Source: Candidatus Doudnabacteria bacterium
GTDB taxonomy: Bacteria; Patescibacteriota; Doudnabacteria; UBA920
DNA length: 64,000 bases
Assembly (NCBI GenBank): GCA_963788395.1
Contig: CAWBGV010000020.1
Location: 5,195-69,194 of the forward strand
Direction of reading: 5' to 3'
A program made the translations under genes and the position numbers. Position 1 is the stretch's first letter. Each line of letters opens with the position of its first letter. The notes beneath the pieces are model-generated. The model was given only the letters and a program-made list of their open reading frames with translations. It made no database searches and was not told the DNA's origin. Below, one piece after another: positions 1-9,010 of the stretch.

Positions 1-189
1 GGGAATAAAGATGATGTTTGAAGCAGCGCATTTTTAATACAAAAGAGTATGTGCCCTATATCGCAGTTAGTAAGGAACGCTGCAAAGATGAACACCAGCG
101 TATATTAAATGGCCAGCAAACTGTATTTACAATTATCCCGGACTTTGAAAAAATCAGATTGGGTTTGGTTATGGAAATGGTGGAGTAGC

Positions 190-218
190 TTGACCAAAAA
201 TTATTCAAACACTATAAT
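190..218 (+). promoter_or_regulatory. sigma70-type promoter for 242..493
   Basis: TTGACC (190-195), 17-nt spacer, TATAAT (213-218), 24 nt upstream of the ATG. Confidence 0.5.
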
Positions 219-241
219 ACTAACAACTTAACCAAAAATTT

Positions 242-493
242 ATGTTAACTCCCGAAGATATCAAAAACTTGACCGAATTCCAAAAAACGGTCTTTGTTAC
301 ACAGGAAAGCTTTGACAAAGGTATTGAAAAGCTGCAAAAAAGCTTTTCTGATTTACAATCCTCTGTTGACCAGGTGTTAAAGGAAAAAGTAACTAACGAT
401 CAAGAGCGCATAGTTTCAAATAGTAGGGTAAAAGAGTTGGAAAATTGGGTGGATAAAGCCGCGCCTAAAATTGGTATAAAATTTGAACACTAG
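242..493 (+). CDS. hypothetical small coiled-coil-like protein (83 aa)
   Basis: Intact ORF with its own consensus promoter and a downstream hairpin terminator. No family recognised. Confidence 0.55.
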   Translation: MLTPEDIKNLTEFQKTVFVTQESFDKGIEKLQKSFSDLQSSVDQVLKEKVTNDQERIVSNSRVKELENWVDKAAPKIGIKFEH

Positions 494-569
494 AATGACT
501 CAAACCCAAGCGGGTATTTAAATCGAATAAAACCTGTTTTGGATTTAAAAATAAAAATTCTACCTAGAA

Positions 570-595
570 AACCCCTTAAATTCAAGGGGTTTTTG
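570..595 (+). terminator. rho-independent terminator
   Basis: CCCCTT / AAGGGG stem followed by TTTTT. Confidence 0.6.
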
Positions 596-650
596 AGCGA
601 CTGTCCTTGACAGAATGATTAAAATTTACTATAATACTCGAAGTTTAGTA

Positions 651-1386
651 GTTCTGTGAAGATTCCGTAAGAAAAGCGGTAGAAAAAATAAACGAACCTA
701 TTGATGCAGTAATTTTAAATGCAGGTGGAATGGTGGGGAAAACGGCTGCGAAAATTACGCCTTCCGGTATGAATGAGTTAGCTGCTACGAATATTTTAGG
801 CCATGTAATTTTAGTGGAGGAATTAATTAAACGTGATAAGTTGAGAAAGACAGTATTATCAGTAAGTGCTGAAGCTGTGCCAGGGGTAAAGATGCTCGGA
901 ATGAAACCGGTTGCCATGAAGACTTCTTCTGTAGATGAGTTTGCTGCTGTTCTTGATGGGTCATATTTTGGTAATAAGTTCGATGCAGTGCAAGCATACG
1001 GATACGTTAAATACGCATCAACCATGTGGACCTTATCAATGGCAAGAAAATATCCTGACCTCAAATTTGTTGTTATGAGTCCCGGGAACACAAAGGGAAC
1101 AGGGGCACCGGATAATGTCCCCCAACCGCTGAAGTTTATATTGACGTATATTATGATGCCTATTGTAATGCCATTGCTAGGAGTGGTGCATAAGTTAGAA
1201 GTTGGTGCAAAACGCTTTGTAGATGGCATTTCGGATGAGCGATATAAAAGTGGCGTTTTTTATGCAAGTAAACAGGGGAAGTTAACAGGTGACGTGGTTG
1301 ACCAGAGCACGTTTTATACCGATTTGAAAAATACCACATTTCAAGATAACGCTAACAAAGCAATTCATCGGTTTATAAAAGAGTAG
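651..1386 (+). pseudogene. short-chain dehydrogenase/reductase (SDR) remnant lacking the N-terminal Rossmann segment
   Basis: The frame opens directly after stop codons at 645-650. NAGG motif at 718-729, catalytic YxxxK (YGYVK) at 997-1011, and SPGNTKGT. No TGxxxGxG segment and no start codon before NAGG. Confidence 0.6.
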
Positions 1387-1398
1387 TTATTTTAAAAA

Positions 1399-1809
1399 AT
1401 GGGGCGCTTCGAGTGGGATAGAACCACAAACGAAGCACCCGTTGATGCTAACTGCATTGAAGTTAGGCTACAAAAACTTCCATCCTGGAATTGGTGCCAG
1501 GATATTCCGCCCGTTGAGGGCAAACGTGTAGCGGAGTTCAGGGCAGCGCAACTTAAAGTTTCCGCCGACAATCGCAACCGGAAATGGAACCCGTTTTTTA
1601 TCTTTCGGCAGCCTTGGCCTGGCATACCAGCCGCCCTCCATCCGCCATCCCGAACCACGGTGGAGAACAGGACGCTCTCGGTTGACCAGAGCAGCAAAAT
1701 CCTATGCGCTGATCTCTCCGAGTTCGAGAATCCGGAGATTGCCGATCCGCTTAGCTTCGCCTTTATAGCTTCTCTCGGCTTTAACCATGATTGGCGGCTT
1801 GATAAATGA
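1399..1809. other. GC-rich unassignable block with long ORFs on both strands
   Basis: Plus ORF 1399..1809 (136 aa, Trp-rich, no RBS). A minus frame from ATG 1788 reads through with two in-frame TAG. Local GC is about 55-65 % versus mid-40s for the flanks. No family recognised on either strand. Confidence 0.25.
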
Positions 1810-1866
1810 ACGAAAGTATATTAATAATGGTCTTTAAGCAATTTTCAGCAAGTAATTCAAGCGCTT

Positions 1867-1888
1867 AAAAAAAGAGCCAAACGGCTCT
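1867..1888 (-). terminator. rho-independent terminator of 1888..2379
   Basis: On the minus strand, AGAGCC-GTTT-GGCTCT followed by T7. It abuts the TAA stop. Confidence 0.65.
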
Positions 1889-2379
1889 TAGATTGTACTC
1901 CGTACCTCGCGGTAAGACAGAGTGTAGGTTAAGCAGTAGGCCATTTTGAGCTTTTGCCGAGAGAAATCTTCCACTAGGATGCCGTCGAGTATCTCCAGCG
2001 GGTTTCCTAAAGTCTGGTTGGTGTCAATCCAGCTCAACACTCTTTGTTCCAAACTTTTCTTCGCCAGCCCTTTGAGCAACAAGTAATTTTCCGGCAAAAC
2101 ATATTCCACCCACTGCCTCGCTTCAATAGCCTGATCCGGCGGAGTTTCGTAGGTCAGCAACAAGCGGCATTCCATCCACTGGGGCGTCGGCCGGCTGCCG
2201 TCAAAAGGTTCTTGAGTCTCGGTGGTCACTCTTCTTAGCTTACTGTCTTCTGTTTCCTGCCCGTTGACCATAGTCAGCCACGCGTCAGCGTCTAACATTA
2301 ACTTGTGGATCGTCTCCTGCAGGTCTTTTTGGTCTAAGCTCGAATACCGGCAAAACGGAATTGCTCGAAACGCTTTCAT
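1888..2379 (-). CDS. hypothetical protein (163 aa)
   Basis: Intact minus-strand ORF followed by a clean terminator. No family recognised. Confidence 0.5.
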   Translation of the reverse strand: MKAFRAIPFCRYSSLDQKDLQETIHKLMLDADAWLTMVNGQETEDSKLRRVTTETQEPFDGSRPTPQWMECRLLLTYETPPDQAIEARQWVEYVLPENYLLLKGLAKKSLEQRVLSWIDTNQTLGNPLEILDGILVEDFSRQKLKMAYCLTYTLSYREVRSTI

Positions 2380-2459
2380 TTTACCTCCTTTTCCCTAAGC
2401 GACGTTACTTTTCTCAAAAAGTGTCGTATAATGTTAACAAGAACATTAAGTTTAAACCA

Positions 2460-3269
2460 ATGGAAACAAACCCAGGGCCAAATAGCTCATTTTATGTACC
2501 CAAATGGTTAGTTGTTAGTTTGGGGGTACTTATTATGCTGCTCGTTTTACTATTAATTATCCAACAAGGCCATGACCTTCAGTTAGCCTTTATGAATTCT
2601 AAGCCGGTAAATACATTGCAAATGTCCGGTGAAGGTAAAATAACCGCTACCCCAGATTTAGCTACAGTAACCATTGGCGTGGTCGGGCAGGGGAGTACTG
2701 CTACCGCCGTTCAAAACCAGACCACCCAAAAAGTTAATCAGGTTATAGCCTATATAAAAAGCCAGGGGGTTGCTGATAAAGATATTTCAACTTCAGAATT
2801 TAGCTTAGAGCCCCAGCAAAACTACCCGAATATTCCGGTAGCCGGCGCTCCGACCATAGTGGGTTATAGCGGAAATCAAACGGTGACCGTAATGGTGCAT
2901 GGGGTTGATAAAGACCAGTCAGTGCTTGATAAAATTATCGATGGAGCGGTAACCAACGGCGCCAACCAAATCCAGGGAGTAGATCTGTCATTTGAAAACT
3001 CCACTCTCAGCACCCTTCAGCAGCAGGCCCAGCAAGCGGCTATTAACGATGCCAAGCAAAAAGCCCAGGTCCTAGCTCAGCAGGCGGGTTTAACCTTGGG
3101 AAAAGTTGTTAACGTTTCGGAAAATTCCAGTCCGGTTATGCCTTTGCCCTTTGCGGTCAATAGCGCCATGGGAATGGGTGGTTCTGCGGCCCAATCCGCA
3201 ACTCCCAATGTCCAAGTCGGCAGCCAGGAAATAGATGAAACTATGACGCTGACGTTTGAGATTAAGTAG
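2460..3269 (+). CDS. SIMPL/DUF541 (BP26-like) envelope protein with N-terminal TM anchor
   Basis: Characteristic GEGKITATPDLATVTIGV ... VGYSGNQTVTV ... INDAKQKAQVLAQQAGLTLGKVVNVSE layout. Start moved to ATG 2460 just before the TM helix, with TATAAT at about 2425. Confidence 0.8.
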   Translation: METNPGPNSSFYVPKWLVVSLGVLIMLLVLLLIIQQGHDLQLAFMNSKPVNTLQMSGEGKITATPDLATVTIGVVGQGSTATAVQNQTTQKVNQVIAYIKSQGVADKDISTSEFSLEPQQNYPNIPVAGAPTIVGYSGNQTVTVMVHGVDKDQSVLDKIIDGAVTNGANQIQGVDLSFENSTLSTLQQQAQQAAINDAKQKAQVLAQQAGLTLGKVVNVSENSSPVMPLPFAVNSAMGMGGSAAQSATPNVQVGSQEIDETMTLTFEIK

Positions 3270-3290
3270 ATAACTAGTGTCCTAGTAATT

Positions 3291-3428
3291 GTCATTGCGA
3301 GGAGAGGGTAGTATATTCCTTAGACGACGAAGCAATCTCAGCTCGAAAGCCATGCTGAGATTGCTTCGTCGTCGGCTGTTGTACCGGAGGTAGGTCCGCC
3401 TTCGGCGGACACTCCTTCTCGCAATGAC
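3291..3428. repeat. MITE-like palindromic repeat (copy D) with GTCATTGCGAG / CTCGCAATGAC termini
   Basis: 11-14 nt terminal inverted repeats enclose two internal hairpins (GACGACGAAGCAATCTCAGC...GCTGAGATTGCTTCGTCGTC and GTCCGCCTTCGGCGGAC). Related copies lie at 34534 and 59692. Confidence 0.6.
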
Positions 3429-3455
3429 AGAAAACTAGTCGCAACAAAATCTAAA

Positions 3456-3484
3456 ATAACCCACCATAAAGGCGGGTTATTTTG
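3456..3484 (+). terminator. rho-independent terminator
   Basis: ATAACCCACC-ATAAA-GGCGGGTTAT stem (one mismatch) followed by a T-run. Confidence 0.5.
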
Positions 3485-3561
3485 TGCTCTAAGCAAACTC
3501 ATAAGCCGAATTCTGTTTCTATCCGCCTCATCGGCGGACCACTGACTATTAAATAAATAAT

Positions 3562-3885
3562 GGTCAGTGAATAATCATCTATCTAGCCCTGCAATTACTC
3601 GCAGAGTCAAGCAGCCTACCAAATTTGGCCTTGCACCCAAGTAAGAATTTAGCCGTTTCACCCCGCATGTTGCCATACGGGCTAATCCCTTGCGGGATTC
3701 CGCGGGACTTTCGACCGCGGCGTCTCTGTTCGCATCTCGCACCTTGGCCCGCCGGTAAAGGCGAGTTGCTGTGGACGGGGGTTACCCGCTACTATTTTTG
3801 ATAACTCTAAAGAGGTTATCAAACAAGTGTTCGGACTTTCCTATCTCTGGTTTAACCAAAGATCGATTATTCGATTTGCTTAAAG
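3562..3885 (-). ncRNA. rnpB: RNase P RNA (bacterial type, compact, about 320 nt)
   Basis: The minus strand reads ...AUAGGAAAGUCCGAAC..., the universal GGAAAGUCCG P4 5' strand. It is preceded by a P3-like hairpin (AUCUUUGG/CCAGAGAU). A 3' ...GUGAAACGGCUAAAUUC... P4 partner is present. 5' GAAUAAUC pairs with 3' GAUUAUUC (P1/P2). The ends are approximate. Confidence 0.8.
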
Positions 3886-3913
3886 CTTAGTGATAATAGC
3901 AGATTTTTGAGTT

Positions 3914-3942
3914 TTGTCAACCAGGGGAGAAATTGGTATAAT
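3914..3942 (+). promoter_or_regulatory. sigma70-type promoter preceding a ~150-nt structured leader
   Basis: TTGTCA (3914-3919), 17-nt spacer, TATAAT (3937-3942). Confidence 0.55.
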
Positions 3943-4096
3943 TAATAGCACCTCGCTGTAGAAATATTGATAAAAATTGAATTACTGGAGGGAATTCACT
4001 TCGCCGGAAGTAATACATTGGAAAGGTGAGGCAGTCCCGACGAAGTCGGGGCGTCGGAGAGGAAACCTTTTCCGCGCTTCCCTCTCCAAAATAACC

Positions 4097-5539
4097 ATGA
4101 AGAAAACGGAACTTCTTATTTAATATCATTTCGATCCCTGTGGACGCTATAATGCTGCCTGCTGGCCGGCTTAGTTTCTTTTTATTTACGGGAGCATTTA
4201 ACCCATTTTGTGGGGCCTATTTCTACCAGCTTGGGACCTGCACCAGTTCCTCTTGGTTATAAGACAAATTATCCCGGCCTTAATTTTATTTTTGCCTTGT
4301 TTAGGCCTTATATAACCTCCGCGGGACCCGTAAATTTCCGGCAGGAGCTGGGCCGGATTGTCGGTTGGGGTCTCGCTTGGGTTTGCTCATCGGTAATTCT
4401 GCTGTTCTTTTTTAATCAAGCAATTTTTCCCTTCGCGGTTTATATTTCAGCTACTGGGGCTTTGGGTATTTTATTCGTATTTTCGGGCCGCACGCTGCTC
4501 CACTCCATTAAAAAAATTCTATTTCCAAAAAAATATCGGGCTGCACAAGCTGGTGGTTATTAACGGCTACGCGGCGCACACAAGCGTGATTGAACAGGTG
4601 TTCAAAAATAAAAATTACGGTTATGAAGTCAGCCGGGAGCTGGAATATAACCGAGGATGTTTTTAATGCTGGAAGAACTCTACGAAGATAATAAAATGGA
4701 TGAAATTCCCAGGCCAACCCTTTAATTTCCGATGAGGAAATTTAAAGCTGGTGCAGTTTGCCCGCGGTCGCGGCTTAAGTTTTTCTTTTGTGCCCAATTT
4801 GTTTGAGGTCCAGCGCAACGCCGTGGACAGCTTAGCCTTAAAAGGCATCCCGGTTATCGCTTTAAAAAATACGCCGCTCGACGGTTGGGGCGCGGTAGCC
4901 AAAAGGGTTTTGGATGTTGTAGCCTCCATTTTGCCTTAATTATAACTTCACCGGTATTTTTGGTTATTGCCATTGCCATCAAAATAGATAGTCAGGGTAA
5001 AGTAATTTATTCGGCCCTGCGCGGCGGTTGCGGCAAAGATTTTAGGTTTTATAAATTCCGCAGTATGTACAGCCACCTTTCCGTGGGGGAAGGCTACGGC
5101 GGCGCGGAAGCGGAAAAAGTTAGGCTGGCAGTTATGGAAAAATAATGACCGCGGCGGCGAAGAAGGCCCGTTCTTAAAGATTAAACACGACCCGCGCGTT
5201 ACAAAAGTCGGCCGTTTTTTACGCAAAAGCAAATTAGACGAAATTCCCCAGTTTTGGAATGTCCTGAAAGGGGATATGAGCATGGTCGGCCCGCGGGCCC
5301 ACGTGTTCGACGAGGTGGAACGATACCGCAGCCGATACCGCCGGATGTTCACCATTAAACCGGGAATATTCGGCATGTCGCAAATCGCCCAGGTTAGCTG
5401 GCCGGATTTGCCGTTTGAGGAGGAAATTAAGCTTAATACTTATTATATAGAAAACTGGTCGATGTGGCTGGACGTTAAGGTTTTGGTGAAAAGCTTTTGG
5501 GTGATATTGTTTGGAGTAAAGGCTAGGGAAGAATACTAA
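4097..5539 (+). pseudogene. undecaprenyl-phosphate sugar phosphotransferase (bacterial sugar transferase, WbaP/WcaJ-like), multiply frameshifted
   Basis: The conserved C-terminal domain is readable only by hopping frames (KRVLDVVASIL / [21 protein letters not shown] / [44 protein letters not shown] / IENWSMWLDVKVL). At least 6-8 frame changes fall between 4120 and 5150. Confidence 0.75.
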
Positions 5540-5609
5540 AGAAAATTTCAAATTCCAAAATTTTAAATTTCAAATAAATATCAAAAATGAAGTTTCAATA
5601 TTCAAAACT

Positions 5610-6695
5610 ATGAACATTATTCTGGCTCATGATTCTTTTACCCAACTTGGCGGCGCGGAAAAAGTGGTGGATGTTTTCCATGAGTTGTTTCCGCGGTCTC
5701 CTGTTTATGCTTTAGTTATGGACAAAAAGTTGGCGGCGCGATATCAGGGCTGGGATGTTCAAACAAGTTGGCTGCAGAATATTTACAATTTGTACCCTCA
5801 TTTTCAGCGTTTGCTCCCGTTAGTGCCATGGGCGGTGGATAGTCTTGTAATTAGGGGTGGATATAACGATAAGCGGAATGTTTTATTGTCTTCTTCTTCA
5901 GGATTTATCAAAGGGTCCGCAAATCGCCCCATTGTGTTCACGTAAATTATTGTCATACCCCAACGAGGTTTTTATCGTCGGATTTTGATTACGTAAAGCA
6001 GGAGGTGCCGGCTGTGCTGCGAGCATTGGCCAAAGGTTTTTTGCAGGATGAAGGTGTGGGATTTTGCCGCGGCTCAGAGAGTGGATAAATTTATTGCTGA
6101 TTCCCAGGAAGTTCAGGCGAGGATTAAAAATTATTACAGCCGTGATAGCGTGGTAATTTATCCGCCGGTAGATATTGAGTTTTGGAAAGTGTCCGCTTAG
6201 GCAAACAGTGATTATTTTCTATTAGCCGGCCGATTGCAAGCTCATAAACGTAATGACTTAATCGTTGAAATATTCAATGACCTGGGGTTGCCGCTGCACG
6301 TTGTTGGCACCGGACAAGAGGAACAATACTTACGCTCGATTGCCAAACCCAATATTACCTTTTATGGCCGGGTGTCCGACGAGGATTTACGGAGCCAGTA
6401 TCAGGCAGCGGTAGGTCTGGTCTATCCCCAAGTCGAGTGCCGGCCTAATGCCCTTGGAAGCCGCGGCTTGCGGGACCGGGGCGATTGGGATTGCCAAAGG
6501 CGGCTCTCTGGAAACGGTCATACCTGGCCAGACCGGAGAATTATTTCAGAATTATGAACTGCGGAAATCAAACAAATGATATTGGCATGGGACGCGAATA
6601 AGTATTCCCTTCAAACTTTAAGAAAGCAATCGGAAAAATTTAGTGCTAATCAATTTAAACAACAAATTGTAAACTATATTAAGCAGATAACCTAA
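5610..6695 (+). pseudogene. GT4-family glycosyltransferase, disrupted (about 4 frameshifts + in-frame TAG at 6198-6200)
   Basis: N-terminal MNIILAHDSFTQLGGAEKV, then HVNYCHTPTRF, AAQRVDKFIADSQ, DYFLLAGRL..KRNDL and MPLEAAACGT, read in different frames. The TAG at 6198 is in frame with the downstream segment. Confidence 0.75.
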
Positions 6696-6698
6696 GGC

Positions 6699-7831
6699 AT
6701 GAAAATCGCGATAGATTTACGAAGCTTGTCGAGCCGGAGCGTTTCGGAGTAGAAAACTATACGGCAAATTTATTGGAACACATTTTACCGCTCGACAAAG
6801 AAAATTCTTATACCCTGTTTTATAATTCCCTTCGCCATAGTTCGGCGCCGGATTTTAATTTTATCAATTCTCAGGTTAAACATACCAGGATCCCCAATAA
6901 AGCTTTAAATGTTCTGTTTAAATCCGGCGCGATTAAAATGGAACAATTAGTCGGCGGGTTTGATTGTTTATTTTTGCCCAACCTAAATCCATTTTCCGTA
7001 TCCCGTACGGCTAAACTGGCGGTGACTATCCATGATCTTTCGCCCGTGATTGCGCCGGAGTTTTATGACGCCAAGCGCCGCCTCTGGCATAGCTTTTTGA
7101 ACTATCAAAAAACTTTCACCCGAGCCGATATTATATTTGCGGTTTCGGAATACACCAAATTGGATATAATACGGGCTGTTTCAAGTGCCGGCAAAAAGAT
7201 TAAAGCTCATCTATCGCTGGCATTGATTCGGTTTTCTTCAGTCAGCAATTGGGAACACGCCGCTTTGCATGCAGAAGCCCGCAATGTTGTACACTCTGCA
7301 CCGGTAGAATACATTTTATTTTTAAACACAGTAGAGCCGCGCAAAAACCTGTCGAATGTCTTAAAAGCTTTTGAATTAATGGAAGGTGACACCGAACTGG
7401 TCATTGCCGGCCGGCAAGGGTGGAAGTATTCCGATATTTTTGAGCAGCTCGAAGGCACAAAAAAACGCGGTAAAATAAGGTATTTAGGTTATATTGACGA
7501 AGCCCACAAGCCGGCGATCATTGCCTTGGCCCGGGCTTTAGTCTACCCAAGTTTTTATGAAGGTTTTGGCTTTCAGCCTCTAGAAGCCATGGCCTGCGGC
7601 GTTCCGACGGTAGTCAGCCAAGTCACGGCGCTGCCCGAGATCGCAGGGGATGCAAGTTTGTTGGTAAACCCGTATAATATAAATGACTTGGCTCATGCGC
7701 TGACCGAAGTTACTGTGAATGAATCATTGCGGCAACAACTCATAGCCAAAGGCGCGGAGCGGGTCCGCAAGTTCCGGTGGCAAACCGCGGCGGCCCAAGT
7801 ACTGGCCGCGCTCAATAATTTGCGCCAATAA
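6699..7831 (+). pseudogene. GT4-family glycosyltransferase, frameshifted near 6740 (possibly more near 7190-7300)
   Basis: MKIAIDLRSLSS at 6699 stops after 17 codons. The family sequence continues in the 6773..7831 frame (EPRKN ... YPSFYEGFGFQPLEAMACGVP). The segment around 7190-7300 fits the family better in other frames. Confidence 0.7.
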
Positions 7832-7839
7832 AAATATCT

Positions 7840-9006
7840 ATGACCATTGGGATTGACATTCGCATACTCGGCAACCAGCATGGGGGCATCGGCCGCTATA
7901 CTTTGGAGTTGGTCCAGGAAATACTCAGGCAGGATCCGGATCAAAAATACCTCTTGTTTTATAACTCAAACAACGCCAGCGAGGCCGACATCCGCCAGTT
8001 GGCCGAATTTCGTAACGCGGAATTAATCCCAACGCCGTATCGGCATTATTCTTTTGGCGAGCAAACCGCCTTTTTGCGTTTATTGAATGCCTACCGGCCC
8101 GATTTAATGCACTTTACTAATTTTAACGTGCCGGTGTTGTATCGCCGGCCGTTTGTAGTCACTATCCATGATACCGTCCATCATAAGATTGGAGGCGCTA
8201 AAAAAAGCCATTTTATTCATTTTTATGCCTATAAAAAAGTTATTGAAGCGGCGGCGCGCCATGCTCGAAGAATTATTACCGTGTCTGAATATTCAAAAAA
8301 AGATATTCAAAAATATTTCCAGTTGCCAGCGGAAAAAATTACGGTCACATTTTTGGGACCCTCTCTGCTTACCACTGTTCCGCCCGCCCGCGTTGCGCAG
8401 GTGAAAAAATCATTTGTCATCAATAAACCTTATTTTCTTTTTGTCGGGGTGCTGGAGCGTAAGAAAAACGTTGTTAACTTAACACGCGGGTTCGACCAAT
8501 TCATAAAAAAATATAATTTAGACATCGATCTGGTCATTGCCGGCAAACGCGATAGCCATTACCCCCAAGAAAAACATCGGGCGCTGGATATTAAAAATCG
8601 TGAGCGGCTGATTTTTACCGATTATGTCAGCGACCAAGACTTAGCCGCGCTTTACAAGGGCGCTTACGCCTATGTTTCGGCTTCACTGCACGAAGGTTTT
8701 GGTTTGCCGGGCGTGGACGCGATGCAATTTGGCCTTCCCATGGCCGTATCTAATATTGAAGTCTTCAACGAAGTCTATGAAAACGCGGCCGTTTATTTTA
8801 ACCCTTTAGACCCGGAAGATATAGCCGAAAAGTTGTACTTGCTGGCCCGCGACCAAGAGTTCCATCGCCAGATGCAGGAAAAAAGTTTCGCCCGGGGTCA
8901 GTATTTTAGCTGGCAGAAAACGGCGGAGAAAACAATTTTAGTCTACAAAGAAATAGTGCTTAATCGGGGTTCTATAGGGCCTATGGGTCTTATAGGCGCT
9001 CTATGA
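7840..9006 (+). CDS. GT4-family glycosyltransferase (intact)
   Basis: MTIGIDIRILG..GGIGRY N-terminus and SLHEGFGLPGVDAMQFGLP EX7E-type region. The last ~11 codons are encoded by a palindromic repeat. Confidence 0.85.
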   Translation: MTIGIDIRILGNQHGGIGRYTLELVQEILRQDPDQKYLLFYNSNNASEADIRQLAEFRNAELIPTPYRHYSFGEQTAFLRLLNAYRPDLMHFTNFNVPVLYRRPFVVTIHDTVHHKIGGAKKSHFIHFYAYKKVIEAAARHARRIITVSEYSKKDIQKYFQLPAEKITVTFLGPSLLTTVPPARVAQVKKSFVINKPYFLFVGVLERKKNVVNLTRGFDQFIKKYNLDIDLVIAGKRDSHYPQEKHRALDIKNRERLIFTDYVSDQDLAALYKGAYAYVSASLHEGFGLPGVDAMQFGLPMAVSNIEVFNEVYENAAVYFNPLDPEDIAEKLYLLARDQEFHRQMQEKSFARGQYFSWQKTAEKTILVYKEIVLNRGSIGPMGLIGAL

Positions 9007-9010
9007 TCCT

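Noticed and set aside
15-187. An open frame ending at 187 (…TVFTIIPDFEKIRLGLVMEMVE) could be the C-terminus of a gene entering from the left.
   Set aside because: It is closed by stop codons at 6-8 and 12-14, so it does not enter from the left. Its only possible start is TTG at 18, and no family was recognised. There is too little evidence to call it.
1399-1425. GGGGCGCTTCGAGTGGGATAG resembles a tmRNA 5' end.
   Set aside because: No tRNA-like 3' domain (T-arm + complementary acceptor + CCA), tag reading frame or pseudoknot series was found downstream.
3917-4129. A 70-aa minus-strand ORF between rnpB and the sugar-transferase gene.
   Set aside because: It overlaps a consensus plus-strand promoter, a structured leader and the start of the plus-strand gene. 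It has no RBS or promoter of its own.
1477-6200. In-frame TAG codons (two in the minus frame of 1399-1809, one at 6198 in the GT4 gene) suggested amber-codon reassignment.
   Set aside because: TAG is used as the genuine stop of several well-supported genes here (242..493, the SDR remnant, the SIMPL gene, hpf). The three cases sit in regions that look decayed, so nonsense mutation or a wrong-strand reading is the simpler explanation.
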